51,658 bases of DNA from an uncultured Rhizobiaceae bacterium (GCA_964427515.1 CAYRUX010000255.1:1-51658); one strand, 5' to 3'; positions 1 to 10,577 are shown, counted from the stretch's first letter. Notes: generated from the sequence alone by a model not told the origin. A program made the numbers and translations.

Positions 1-1004
1 AACCTGGACCGGCTTGCTATGATAGGGGAGGAGAAGCAGCTAGTGTCACTGACGCTGATGTTACCCTTGGTCGCATTGACCCATCTGCTTTTGCTGGTGG
101 TCGGCTCGAGTTATATGTAGAAAAAGCAAGCCTTGCACTTCAACAAAATATCGGAATGCACCTGTCCATAGATGCTAATCTCTCCGCACTTGGTGTAAGC
201 GAGATGGTCGATGAGAACATGGCAAGCGCAGCACGGGTTCATGCCATCGAAATAGGGGCAACTCTTGATGACCGTACCATGATTGCATTTGGGGGGGCAG
301 CACCGCTACATGCAGCACGTTTAGCAGAAAAACTGGATATTAAAAGAATAATAATACCGAAATGCGCTGCAGTAGGTTCAGCTGTGGGATTTCTTCGTGC
401 GCCCGTAGCATACCAGGTAATTCGAAGTGCATATCAGAAACTCAGCGACTTTGATGCTCAGTCCACAAATATGATACTTGCTAAAATGCAAACAGAAGCA
501 CTCGAAGTGGTGGCACGCGGAGCTCCCGGGGAAGATACGATTGAAAAACGGATGGCCTATATGCGTTACCTAGGTCAAGGTCACGAAGTTGCCATAAGTT
601 TGCCTGCTCGCAAATGGAACCAAAATGATATAGAATTCATCCGTCATGAATTTGAAGTGGCTTATAAAAATACCTATGGTCGTATTATACCTGATTTAGA
701 CCTCGAATTAGTAAGTTGGGCAATTGAAGTGAGTGTCAAAAATACATTTAGTTCATCACTTGAAAAAATCGACCAAACACCATTACCTAAACCATACATG
801 GTACGAAAAATTTTAGACTCTGGAACCGGTAAGACATTTGACGCCCCAGCTTATCAACGCGAAACATTAATTCCAGGAAATAAAATTTTTGGCCCAGCAA
901 TAATTGTAGAGGAAGATACTTCTACCGTGGTTAGCCCCAGTTTCGATGCAAACATAAATTCTCTTGGCTACATAATACTAGAACACAATGGGAAAAATAA
1001 ATAA
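1..1004 (+). CDS. Hydantoinase/5-oxoprolinase subunit A family protein, 5'-truncated by window edge
   Basis: Frame is open from base 3 (PGPACYDRGG..VTDADVTLGRID) into the 156..1004 ORF. Family motifs AFGGAAPLHA, MRYLGQGHEV and GPAIIVEEDTSTVV are present. Confidence 0.92.
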   Translation, partial: PGPACYDRGGEAASVTDADVTLGRIDPSAFAGGRLELYVEKASLALQQNIGMHLSIDANLSALGVSEMVDENMASAARVHAIEIGATLDDRTMIAFGGAAPLHAARLAEKLDIKRIIIPKCAAVGSAVGFLRAPVAYQVIRSAYQKLSDFDAQSTNMILAKMQTEALEVVARGAPGEDTIEKRMAYMRYLGQGHEVAISLPARKWNQNDIEFIRHEFEVAYKNTYGRIIPDLDLELVSWAIEVSVKNTFSSSLEKIDQTPLPKPYMVRKILDSGTGKTFDAPAYQRETLIPGNKIFGPAIIVEEDTSTVVSPSFDANINSLGYIILEHNGKNK

Positions 1005-2740
1005 TGAATAAAACCGATAATTCGCTCGGACAAATACAAGGCCAAATTATGTGGAATCGATTGATCTCTGTGGTTGAAGAACAAGCGCAAACCCTACTAC
1101 GCACTGCTTTTAGTACGACTGTAAGAGAAGCTGGTGACCTTTCGGCAGGTGTGTTTGATACAGATGGTAATATGCTGGCCCAAGCTATTACTGGTACACC
1201 AGGCCATGTCAACTCCATGGCTATTGGCGTAAAGCATTTTCTTGAAAAATACCCTATAGACACCATGCAGCAAGGCGATGTTTTTATAACTAATGATCCT
1301 TGGTTAACATGTGGACATCTGCATGATCTCACTGTAGTTACCCCAGTATTTCAAAATGGGACTCCTGTAGGATCTTTTGCCAGTACAGCCCATGTTGTCG
1401 ACATAGGGGGTCGTGGATTTGGCCCCGATGGACGGGCTGTATTTGAAGAGGGTTTGTATATACCGATTATGCCTTTAGTGCGCGGGGGAACAATAAACCA
1501 AGACCTACTGGAAATGATTCGTTGGAATGTTCGAGAACCGCTACAAGTAGAAGGAGATATTCTATCATTAATTGCGTGTAACCAAGAAGGTGCTCGGCGT
1601 TTATTAGCAATGATGGAAGAATTCAAACTTACTAATTTAGATGATCTATCTAAAACAATTCTCAAACGCTCTCGTCAAGCAACATTGGCCTGTATTCAAA
1701 AGTTACCCTACGGCATTTATCAAAATAGTCTCACAATGGATGGTTATGATGAACCTATAACCTTAAATGCAACTATGACTATCGGGAATGAGGGTGTACA
1801 TGTAGATTTTTCAGACAGTTCACCAATCAGTCAATTTGGAATTAACGTGGTTCTAAACTATACGATCGCATACACGACCTTTGGTGTTAAGTGTGCTGTT
1901 GCAAAAGATGTTCCAAATAATGCCGGCTCTCTCTCAGCTATAACCGTATCTGCGCCCGAAGGCTCAATATTAAATGCCCCAAGACCCTGTCCAGTAGCAA
2001 CACGTCATGTTATTGGCCATATGCTGCCGGATACTGTCTTTGGATGTCTGCACAAGGCTATACCCGGACAAGTTCCAGCAGAAGGTGCTTCTTCACTCTG
2101 GATCGTGCAGTTGCGGGGTGGAGAAGAGAAAACTAACGAGGATCTCCGATATAATTCAGATAGCAAAATACAGCCGTTCGAAATTGCGTTATTTAATAGT
2201 GGGGGTGCGGGAGCAAGACCACAAAAGGATGGACTTTCAACTACAGCGTTTCCAAGCGGTGTACGCACTATGCCAGTTGAAGCGACAGAAACAGTAGCTC
2301 CTATTATCGTATGGCAAAAAGAGATGGCTGAAGACACTGGTGGCCCTGGTTTGCAAAGAGGTGGCCTTGGCCAACATATAGAAATCGGAGGAATAGACGG
2401 AACTCCTTTTAGTGTTCTAGCTGCTTTCGAAAGGATTAAAAATCCAGCGCGCGGTCGAAACGGTGGTGGCAAAGGTGGCAACGGTCGCGTTGGATTAGCA
2501 TCAGGAAAACACATAAAGCCTAAAGGTAGACAGAATATACCTCATAAGGATCGGCTACAATTAACTCTGCCAGGTGGCGCTGGATTCGGTGATCCATTCT
2601 TACGAGATCCGTCTCGAGTTCTTTCTGACGTTCAAAATGGACTCGTAAGCATAGAATCGGCTAAAATGCACTATGGTGTCATAATATCAAAGGATGGAGC
2701 AGTCGATTTAGATAGAAGCAAAGCCCTTCGCACGAAATAG
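1004..2740 (+). CDS. Hydantoinase B/oxoprolinase family protein
   Basis: Motifs LRTAFSTTVREAGDLS, NDPWLTCGHLHD, HVVDIGG, EEGLYIP and PGGAGFGDP. TAATG stop/start overlap with subunit A. Confidence 0.93.
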   Translation: MNKTDNSLGQIQGQIMWNRLISVVEEQAQTLLRTAFSTTVREAGDLSAGVFDTDGNMLAQAITGTPGHVNSMAIGVKHFLEKYPIDTMQQGDVFITNDPWLTCGHLHDLTVVTPVFQNGTPVGSFASTAHVVDIGGRGFGPDGRAVFEEGLYIPIMPLVRGGTINQDLLEMIRWNVREPLQVEGDILSLIACNQEGARRLLAMMEEFKLTNLDDLSKTILKRSRQATLACIQKLPYGIYQNSLTMDGYDEPITLNATMTIGNEGVHVDFSDSSPISQFGINVVLNYTIAYTTFGVKCAVAKDVPNNAGSLSAITVSAPEGSILNAPRPCPVATRHVIGHMLPDTVFGCLHKAIPGQVPAEGASSLWIVQLRGGEEKTNEDLRYNSDSKIQPFEIALFNSGGAGARPQKDGLSTTAFPSGVRTMPVEATETVAPIIVWQKEMAEDTGGPGLQRGGLGQHIEIGGIDGTPFSVLAAFERIKNPARGRNGGGKGGNGRVGLASGKHIKPKGRQNIPHKDRLQLTLPGGAGFGDPFLRDPSRVLSDVQNGLVSIESAKMHYGVIISKDGAVDLDRSKALRTK

Positions 2741-3070
2741 AACTTTTTGTTCACTCAATTCCAATTGACACTAAGATCTTAGACTTATGCTTTCCATCAC
2801 GTCAATTTGCCTGATTTCTGGAACAAACATCCAACATATAATATAATTGATGCTTGCTTTTTCTTGCACAATTTTAATTCTATCAAAAACTTGGCCTAGA
2901 TCCCTTATAATTTCTGCTTGAATTACTTGATCTATAACTTCGTCATATAACCCAGCCCATGATCTGAGATGTATTCTAGAGCTTTACATATCCATAAAAG
3001 CTTTACAAAGATTCCACCTTAATTCTCCCGTGTTCCTTTATATTACAAACTCAGAGGTTCAACATGTTTT

Positions 3071-3772
3071 CTATTTTAACTCTTCTCCCCACGGTAAAAC
3101 TTGATGCCCTTTTGTTAAAGTAGCACCGAATACATTTATAATATTAAGTTCATGAAGAGGATCATCGGTTGACGCACCTAACTCTACCTTACCTTGTCCT
3201 ACCGAATAACTTTGCACCTCGGGGCGAGTATCCATCTTGACAATCGTCTGCCTAACCCCTTCCTCTGCCTGCGAATCTGGAATCCGTTTTATGAACAGGC
3301 GAGGGAACATATCGACTTTTTCGAATTCTTCGCCAGTAATCACCATCGAAATATCAATAATCTTCTTACCTAAACGATTAGTAACACCAATTACGTGGTT
3401 TTCTTGCTCATCAATATTCATATCGGCAAGTTTCATATTGTAACCCCAAATTTCCCTTGTTCCGGACATAGCCTGATCTGTACTATTATACGCAAATGGC
3501 CAAAATCCTCCTGTAATAGACCCATAACGTACTTTAGCTATTACAGCTGCATCATAATAAAGGCGCTCAGGCACCTGACAGTTAAATTTCATAACCGCTA
3601 CCTGAATATAGTTTGATACTAATTCAAAGGGGAAGGGAATAAATGGAACAAGGCTGTCTTTTTTTATCTCACAATGCACCGCCAAAGTACAAAAATCATG
3701 TTCCCAAGGCGGAAGTGGATAGGGTAAAAAATCTACGGATGATCGACTCATATTAATTGTTTCTCCCGACAT
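3071..3772 (-). CDS. Acetoacetate decarboxylase (ADC) superfamily protein
   Basis: Motifs PLPPW, SGTREIWGYNMKLA (consensus GRE.WG.PKKLA), RLGKKII and S.DDPL.EL. Confidence 0.82.
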   Translation of the reverse strand: MSGETINMSRSSVDFLPYPLPPWEHDFCTLAVHCEIKKDSLVPFIPFPFELVSNYIQVAVMKFNCQVPERLYYDAAVIAKVRYGSITGGFWPFAYNSTDQAMSGTREIWGYNMKLADMNIDEQENHVIGVTNRLGKKIIDISMVITGEEFEKVDMFPRLFIKRIPDSQAEEGVRQTIVKMDTRPEVQSYSVGQGKVELGASTDDPLHELNIINVFGATLTKGHQVLPWGEELK

Positions 3773-3866
3773 ATAATTTAAAATATGTTTGTCGTATTCT
3801 ACATATTATGGTCTCGTATTTACGGTCAATAACTTAGTTTTCACGAAAAGAGGGAGCAATGGAAAT

Positions 3867-4631
3867 ATGAAGGAACATGAAGAAGGCTATGCCATGCCAC
3901 TTTCGGCCCCTACCTTTACTCCACCACCATTCGAATCTACCGAGCGCAGCCAAATTCTCTTGGTTCTATACCAAGGTGACCCGAACGCCGTTGCCTGGGA
4001 GGTTCCAGAACCTCTTGAGCCCTTTGGAGATGGTACAATGCTCGCTTGGGTTGGCGATATGTGTCAGCCAAGTCACACTCTAGATCTTTATCGGGAATGC
4101 CTTACTGCCATTAAAGTTCGCTATGAAGGAATCGTAGGCTGGTATGTAAATTTCATTTGGGTAGCCCATGATATTGCTCTGCTGTTTGAACGAGAAATAT
4201 ACGGTTGGCCAGCCAATATGTGTGACGATGCAAGATTAGCGTTTAATGGTAGCCAGATAACAGGCGCCTGCGAAAGGCATGGCGAAAGACTAATGAATAT
4301 TAGTTTCAATTCAACTAGCGTTGCAAGAATGGGGCGCTCTGAGCCATTAGAAAACAAGTTTGGCCAACTTTTGGATGGAAAGTTTTTACAAATTAGAAAA
4401 TTTCCTGCTCCAGAAAAAGATAAGAAACCTATTAAGCAACTAATTGATATTCCAACCGTGGATTATAAAGTACACGAGATTCATGCTGGAAATGCATTTC
4501 TAGAGATGGGTGGGTCAGGGCTATACCCTACTCTAAAGAATTTGGGTCCAAAGGAAATTGTAGGAGCATGGTATGTGCGTGCGTCATGGTGGCTAGATTA
4601 TCCTGTAGTACTATGGGACAATCAAAATTAG
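3867..4631 (+). CDS. Acetoacetate decarboxylase (ADC) superfamily protein
   Basis: Motifs MPLSAPTFTPPPF, VPEPLEP, YRECL and REIYGWP. ATG at 3867 follows an AGGGAG RBS at 3851-3856, so it is preferred over the track start at 3789. Confidence 0.8.
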   Translation: MKEHEEGYAMPLSAPTFTPPPFESTERSQILLVLYQGDPNAVAWEVPEPLEPFGDGTMLAWVGDMCQPSHTLDLYRECLTAIKVRYEGIVGWYVNFIWVAHDIALLFEREIYGWPANMCDDARLAFNGSQITGACERHGERLMNISFNSTSVARMGRSEPLENKFGQLLDGKFLQIRKFPAPEKDKKPIKQLIDIPTVDYKVHEIHAGNAFLEMGGSGLYPTLKNLGPKEIVGAWYVRASWWLDYPVVLWDNQN

Positions 4632-4896
4632 ACCGAGTGTATTGTGAATATAATAATTATAATATCAATGTGAAAACACAGCACTACTTGCCGGTCGTGT
4701 TGTGTTAATATTACTTATGACGATCTAATAATCGTCAATTTTTATTCTGGTGAATCGCGTTAACCTGAATGAAAATTCGACGCATTTACGTCATGTGGTA
4801 GTTTTGCATGTAATGCTCGTAGCTGAATATACTGGAAAAGCTAGTCTACTTGATTTGAGTTCTAATTATGAAACTTAACGAGAAGGGGTCATAATT

Positions 4897-5790
4897 TTGC
4901 GTACTATCAGAAAATTTTATAACTCAATAAATACAAGATATTTGACGAATAGAACCCGGATAAAACAATTTCACACTCGTAATCAACATAAAAACGGTTT
5001 ACCCCTATTACATCCCTTCGAGAATAGTATTGTAAACGGGCTAAACCGAGACGGCGGAGTAATTACTTCTTTGGAAAAACTGTATGCGGAAAGCATCACA
5101 TCAACTTTTGATATAAACACCGCCAGAAATATGGCTGCAAACCCGAAAAGTAGTGCAGAGCGCAATAAAGAGTATGTACTTTCTGCCTCATTAGAACAGC
5201 TTGCCTCTGCCCCACACTTGATAAAGTGGGGTCTCGAAGAACGATTACTTGCAATTGCGCAAAATTATATTGGACTTCCTGCAGCATATAGAGGACTTAT
5301 ATTGCGAAGGGATTTTGCAGATGGAAAGTATATAGAAACACGTCAATGGCATCGAGACGCAGAAGACACGCGTATTTTAAAAATTATTGTTTATTTGAAT
5401 GATGTAGATGAAAACGGTGGTGCTTTCCGTTTTTTACCTAAGACCCACGCACCTAACAAGCGTATAAAATTAGTAAACGGCCGTGTACCAGAACATATAA
5501 TGAATAAAATCGTTCCTAGAGATAAATATGTTACTTGCCTTGGCCCAACAGGCACGGTCATTTTCACTGATACGGTGAACGTTTGGCACCACGGCTGTGT
5601 CCCAACAAACACCGATAGATTAACAGCATTTTTTGCTTATAATTCTCATTTACCCTTACGACCTCAGTATTGCCAGCCCTTATTTGCGAAGAGTTATCTT
5701 GACAGTGAAAAACTTACCGGTAAACAATCATCTGCAATAAACTATAGCTATCAAGTCAAGCAACCGGAAGATAATGTTTCATCATATTGA
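4897..5790 (+). CDS. 2OG-Fe(II) oxygenase, phytanoyl-CoA dioxygenase (PhyH)-like
   Basis: HxD motif WHRDAED, KIIVYLNDVDENGGAF, distal His in VWHHG, and downstream Arg in DRLT. Confidence 0.8.
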   Translation: MRTIRKFYNSINTRYLTNRTRIKQFHTRNQHKNGLPLLHPFENSIVNGLNRDGGVITSLEKLYAESITSTFDINTARNMAANPKSSAERNKEYVLSASLEQLASAPHLIKWGLEERLLAIAQNYIGLPAAYRGLILRRDFADGKYIETRQWHRDAEDTRILKIIVYLNDVDENGGAFRFLPKTHAPNKRIKLVNGRVPEHIMNKIVPRDKYVTCLGPTGTVIFTDTVNVWHHGCVPTNTDRLTAFFAYNSHLPLRPQYCQPLFAKSYLDSEKLTGKQSSAINYSYQVKQPEDNVSSY

Positions 5791-5834
5791 GCACAGACTC
5801 TGCCAAATCAGCTTGATTATATTAACAAATAAGT

Positions 5835-7031
5835 ATGGCCGACTTTTTAGCGCCTAATTCGGAGGCTTGCCGAACATTGAGAGTATTAATTTTAGGTGGT
5901 GATGGTTACCTTGGGTGGCCAACTGCAATGGCACTTTCTGCTAAAGGCCACACTGTAGTAGTATTTGATAATTATTTTCGGAGAAATGCCGCTAGAGAGC
6001 TCAATGCAGAAGCACTGATGCCTAATCCTAATCTACACCAGCGAGTGCAAATATGGAACGCCTCAGTAGAAAATTTAATTCGCGCTGAAATCGGGGATTG
6101 TACGGATTATCCAACACTATCGAAAATAGTAATGGAATTCCAACCAGACGCAATCATACATTATGCGGAACAACCGTCTGCACCCTATTCAATGCTTGGC
6201 TACAAGGAAGCTGCACAAACACTTAATAACAACCTAACTTCTACTTTCAACGTTATTTGGTCGGTCAAAGAACATTGCTCTGACTGCCATATAATTAAAT
6301 TAGGAACAATGGGCGAATATGGCACTCCAAATATAGATATTGAGGAGGGTTGGCTTAATGTCGAGCATAATGGTCGCTCACACAAGTTTTTATACCCACG
6401 AACACCCGGTAGTCTCTACCACACCACAAAAGTCATGGATACTGATCTACTATATTTTTACGCACGCATTTATGGCATTAGGGTTACCGACTTGATGCAA
6501 GGCCCTGTTTATGGCCTCTCAACAAATGAATCAGTTAATGATGAACGATTAATACCTAACTTTCATTATGATGATATATTTGGAACAGTACTTAACCGCT
6601 TTATGGTTCAGGCTGTAGCAGGAATTCCTTTAACCGTTTATGGAACTGGCGGCCAACGGAAGGGGTTTCTTAATATTCTGGATACCCTACAATGTGTAGA
6701 ACTTTCCATGTTATCGCCACCAAAATCAGGGGAACTTCGTATTCTAAATCAATTTACAGAGGTGTTTTCAGTAAATGAATTAGCCGAAAAAGTTTATAAC
6801 ATCGGTAACAAGATGGGATTTAACGTCAAAATTAAAAATATTTTAAACCCTCGAAAAGAGTCTGAAGATCATTATTTTAACGTAAAGCACTCTGGTCTTC
6901 TAGACCTTGGGTTACAACCCCATTATATGACTGATGACGTTTTAGCGGAGATGATCCAACAAATTGCCTCATACAAGGATCTAATTGATCCCTCCCGAGT
7001 TATGCCAAGGACGAGCTGGAGAGATGATTAA
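5835..7031 (+). CDS. sqdB: UDP-sulfoquinovose synthase (SqdB/SQD1/Agl3 family)
   Basis: Motifs GGDGYLGWPTA, HYAEQPSAPYSM, KLGTMGEYGTPNIDIEEG, PGSLYHTTK, TDLMQGPVYG, FGTVLNRF and NQFTE. Confidence 0.92.
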   Translation: MADFLAPNSEACRTLRVLILGGDGYLGWPTAMALSAKGHTVVVFDNYFRRNAARELNAEALMPNPNLHQRVQIWNASVENLIRAEIGDCTDYPTLSKIVMEFQPDAIIHYAEQPSAPYSMLGYKEAAQTLNNNLTSTFNVIWSVKEHCSDCHIIKLGTMGEYGTPNIDIEEGWLNVEHNGRSHKFLYPRTPGSLYHTTKVMDTDLLYFYARIYGIRVTDLMQGPVYGLSTNESVNDERLIPNFHYDDIFGTVLNRFMVQAVAGIPLTVYGTGGQRKGFLNILDTLQCVELSMLSPPKSGELRILNQFTEVFSVNELAEKVYNIGNKMGFNVKIKNILNPRKESEDHYFNVKHSGLLDLGLQPHYMTDDVLAEMIQQIASYKDLIDPSRVMPRTSWRDD

Positions 7032-7050
7032 TATTAATTTCTGAATATTA

Positions 7051-8235
7051 TTGAATATGATGGAATCGAGGGAACGCCTTGTTGCTAGTGTCTTAGTTGA
7101 TGGTCGGATAGGTGGACCTCAACGTCGGGTGGTACAGGTTGCTAAGGTATTAAAAACATTAGGATGGAAAACTTTGGTGGTTTTTCCGTCCATGGGCGAA
7201 GAATTGCCAAAATATCTTAAAGAAAATGAATTACCCTTCCAAAGGGTGCCTCTCTCCCGAATACGCCGAAAACAAAAATATTTTAGTTTAATTAAATACT
7301 TATTCCTACTGCCTTATGAGATTGCTCTCTTAATCAAGCTATTCAAATTACACAATGTCGATATTGTACATGCGAACTCGATGTTCGCTCTGCATGCTGT
7401 CATAGCCGCCCGGTTGTGCGGCCGTCCTGTGGTTTGGCACTTTAACGACATGGCTATGCCAAGACTATTGTGCATTCTGATCACGACTACCATTGGAAGA
7501 TGTGCTAACATTCGAGCATATTCGTGTCGTCGAGTAAAACATTATCAGAAAGAATTTAGCGAAAATAACTCTGCACTACTATATCCTCCCGTAGATCTAG
7601 ACAAATTTAAACCTTCCTCTAATAGTTTGGTTAGCAAAAATAAGTGGCCTGAATTAAAACGTCGAAATAAAGAGTTACTAATAGTATCAGTAGGAAACAT
7701 AAATCCCTTAAAAGGTTACCATAATTTAATTGAAGCATTAGCTAATTTAAAAGATCATTTATTGCCTTGGCGTATGATTATTGTTGGCGCGCGACTAAAC
7801 ACTGCCGAAGATTATTTTATGTCTTTGCAATCTAGAATTAAACAGCTTGAAATGACAGATCGATTTAATTTTTTAGGCGCTGTGGAGGATGTTCCATCGG
7901 TCTTATCCATGTGTGACTTATTCGTTCTGCCATCCCAGTCCGAAAGTGGTCCAATGGTTTTACTTGAAGCAATGGCCAACGGAAAACCAATTATTGCAAC
8001 TGACGTAGGCTTTGTATCAGAGTTAATTATAGATAACCACAATGGGCTCATCGTACCACCAAATAACACCCTAGAATTATCAAATGCGTTAAATAAAATG
8101 ATTTCAGACGAAGCTTTCAGAACATCTATACGTAGTCAAAGTGGAGGGTCTATAGCTCATAAATTTACTGTTATCGGCGCTGCTGAGGCACATAAAGATG
8201 TCTATAATAACCTTCTAAAACTTCAACGCAGTTAG
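7051..8235 (+). CDS. GT4 family glycosyltransferase
   Basis: Motifs GGPQR, VGNINPLKG and FVLPSQSESGPMVLLEAMANGKPIIATDVG (EX7E). Confidence 0.9.
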   Translation: MNMMESRERLVASVLVDGRIGGPQRRVVQVAKVLKTLGWKTLVVFPSMGEELPKYLKENELPFQRVPLSRIRRKQKYFSLIKYLFLLPYEIALLIKLFKLHNVDIVHANSMFALHAVIAARLCGRPVVWHFNDMAMPRLLCILITTTIGRCANIRAYSCRRVKHYQKEFSENNSALLYPPVDLDKFKPSSNSLVSKNKWPELKRRNKELLIVSVGNINPLKGYHNLIEALANLKDHLLPWRMIIVGARLNTAEDYFMSLQSRIKQLEMTDRFNFLGAVEDVPSVLSMCDLFVLPSQSESGPMVLLEAMANGKPIIATDVGFVSELIIDNHNGLIVPPNNTLELSNALNKMISDEAFRTSIRSQSGGSIAHKFTVIGAAEAHKDVYNNLLKLQRS

Positions 8236-8361
8236 TGGAAACGAAGATTTAGACGTGACGTTTCGTTATAATTGTGGACAATTTTGCGTTCTTGACCTAG
8301 GGATTCATATAAACTTATTGCGGGAGACAATGGATCTAGTGCTATGTTGGTTTAGATATAA

Positions 8362-10554
8362 ATGAAACAATTAATTCAAAATTTTCGAACTGGCGCCATA
8401 GAGTTAGTGGATGTTCCTTGTCCACCTCTAAAACCGGGTCATATTTTAGTAAAGACCCATCGGTCTCTTCTATCCTCTGGGACAGAAAGGACTATGACAG
8501 AATTTGCTACTGCAAATCTAATCAATAAAGCCAGACAGAGACCAGATCAAATAAAATCACTACTTACTCAAATACAAGCACAAGGCGTAAATCAAACAGT
8601 AAAGTCAATTAAAGACAGGTTAGAACGATTTTACCCGCTAGGTTACTGTAATATGGGAACAGTTATAGAAGTTGGCGAAGGCGTAGAAAAGTTTCGGCCT
8701 AACATGCGGGTAGTCTGTAATGGCCACCACGCAGAAATCGTATTGGTACCCAAAAATCTTTGTGCAAAGGTTCCAGACAACGTTGATGATAATAAAGCCG
8801 TTTTCACAATTTTAGGTTCAATTGCTCTTCAAGGTATCCGTATATCTGAGCCAACACTTGGTGAGCGTTTTGTTGTTATTGGTTTAGGAGTTGTAGGGTT
8901 ACTAACTGCTCAAATCCTTCGCGCTCATGGTTGTCTAGTGTTAGCAATTGATCCTGACTCCAAGCGTACTGACATAGCACGGCAATTTGGTGCAGAAACA
9001 TTAACCTCTACAGATTCTGAACTAATTATGAATACCGCCAAAAACTTTTCTTCTGGCATGGGAGTGGATGGAGTTTTAATTACAGCTGCCACCACAAGTA
9101 ATGAACCAGTACATAATGCCGCTCAAATGTGTAGAAAACGTGGCCGGATTACATTAATCGGCACCACCGGTCTGAATCTTCATCGTAGTGATTTCTACGA
9201 AAAGGAGCTTAGTTTCAAAGTATCTTGCTCATATGGGCCAGGTCGATACGACCCTATTTATGAAGAGACCGGCAATGATTACCCAACAGGCTACGTTCGA
9301 TGGACTGAGCAGAGGAACTTTACTGCCGTATTACAACTTATGTCTAATGGCGGACTGGAAACAGAAGAACTAATTTCCCACCGATACCCATTTGATAATG
9401 CTACGGAGGCTTATGATCTTCTACTTAGTAATTCTCCATCACTCGGTATAATTCTAGATTATAAGTTTCAAGATGATAAACGTAATTTGTTTCAGAATAA
9501 GACTATTACACTATCCAATGTTAGCAAGACGTACAGTGAAGCAAGTCCTTCACTCGCACTAATAGGTGCAGGAAACTACGCCAAATATTCACTTTTGCCA
9601 GCAATTGAGCAGTATGGTGCTCGCCTGCACACACTTATCTCAAATGGCAGACCCGAAGCATCAAAGCTTGCTGCTAGATATAAGTTTGAGAATCTTTCAA
9701 CTGACATTGATGAAGCATTAGCTAATGAGGAAATTAATTGTGTTGTGATAGCTACTCGTCACGACCGCCATGCCGACCTAACCTGCAAAGCTCTATCAGC
9801 TGGAAAAAACGTCTTTGTTGAAAAACCAATAGCAATCTCTCAAAATCAAATCATCGACATAGAGAATGCCTATACTTCTAATAAAGCAGACCCAGCGATT
9901 CTTATGGTGGGATACAACCGACGATTTGCGCCGCACATAGTCGACGCGAAATATGTTTTTCAATCTAAAGCGGAACCAAAATCTCTTTTTTACACAATAA
10001 ATGCGGGCAAAGTACCAAATAATCACTGGGTATTATCTCCACACATTGGTGGTGGCCGTATTATCGGAGAAGTCTGCCATTTCGTTGATCTTGCGTGTTT
10101 TCTAATTGGAAGTGAGGTTGTTTCACTGCATGCTGCCCCAGTAGTAAATAACCCCCACGAAAGCGATGATGGTATATCGGCAACTATACAATTTTCTGAT
10201 GGATCAATAGCTATAATTAACTACATTACAAATGGGCACGAAAAGGTTCCTAAGGAACGCATAGAACTTCATTCAGGAAACACATCGTTATTAATTAACG
10301 ATTTTAAAAATATTCAAGGCCATGGACTTGCAAATTTTCATCCAACAAAATTAAAGAAGCAAGATAAAGGCAATACTCAATGCATACATACATTTTTGAA
10401 ATGTGTTTCTGAGGGTATTGAACCTCCTATAACTTTTTACGACATCATATCCAGTACAAAAATAGTACTTCGTATTGACGAACTTAAAAATTCGATGGAA
10501 CAAAATTTTGCTTCACAAATTCACGCACAGAATATTAATGCGAAAAACAAATGA
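8362..10554 (+). CDS. Bi-domain oxidoreductase (MDR/ADH-like N-terminus + Gfo/Idh/MocA C-terminus)
   Basis: Motifs MKQLIQN, SSGTER, PLGYC, GLGVVG, FYEKEL..SCSYGPGRYD..YE..G.DYP.GYVRWTEQRN, IGAGNYA, VFVEKP, MVGYNRRF and GGGRIIGEVCHFVD. Confidence 0.92.
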   Translation: MKQLIQNFRTGAIELVDVPCPPLKPGHILVKTHRSLLSSGTERTMTEFATANLINKARQRPDQIKSLLTQIQAQGVNQTVKSIKDRLERFYPLGYCNMGTVIEVGEGVEKFRPNMRVVCNGHHAEIVLVPKNLCAKVPDNVDDNKAVFTILGSIALQGIRISEPTLGERFVVIGLGVVGLLTAQILRAHGCLVLAIDPDSKRTDIARQFGAETLTSTDSELIMNTAKNFSSGMGVDGVLITAATTSNEPVHNAAQMCRKRGRITLIGTTGLNLHRSDFYEKELSFKVSCSYGPGRYDPIYEETGNDYPTGYVRWTEQRNFTAVLQLMSNGGLETEELISHRYPFDNATEAYDLLLSNSPSLGIILDYKFQDDKRNLFQNKTITLSNVSKTYSEASPSLALIGAGNYAKYSLLPAIEQYGARLHTLISNGRPEASKLAARYKFENLSTDIDEALANEEINCVVIATRHDRHADLTCKALSAGKNVFVEKPIAISQNQIIDIENAYTSNKADPAILMVGYNRRFAPHIVDAKYVFQSKAEPKSLFYTINAGKVPNNHWVLSPHIGGGRIIGEVCHFVDLACFLIGSEVVSLHAAPVVNNPHESDDGISATIQFSDGSIAIINYITNGHEKVPKERIELHSGNTSLLINDFKNIQGHGLANFHPTKLKKQDKGNTQCIHTFLKCVSEGIEPPITFYDIISSTKIVLRIDELKNSMEQNFASQIHAQNINAKNK

Positions 10555-10577
10555 GTAATTAGTGGGTAAATAAGAAC

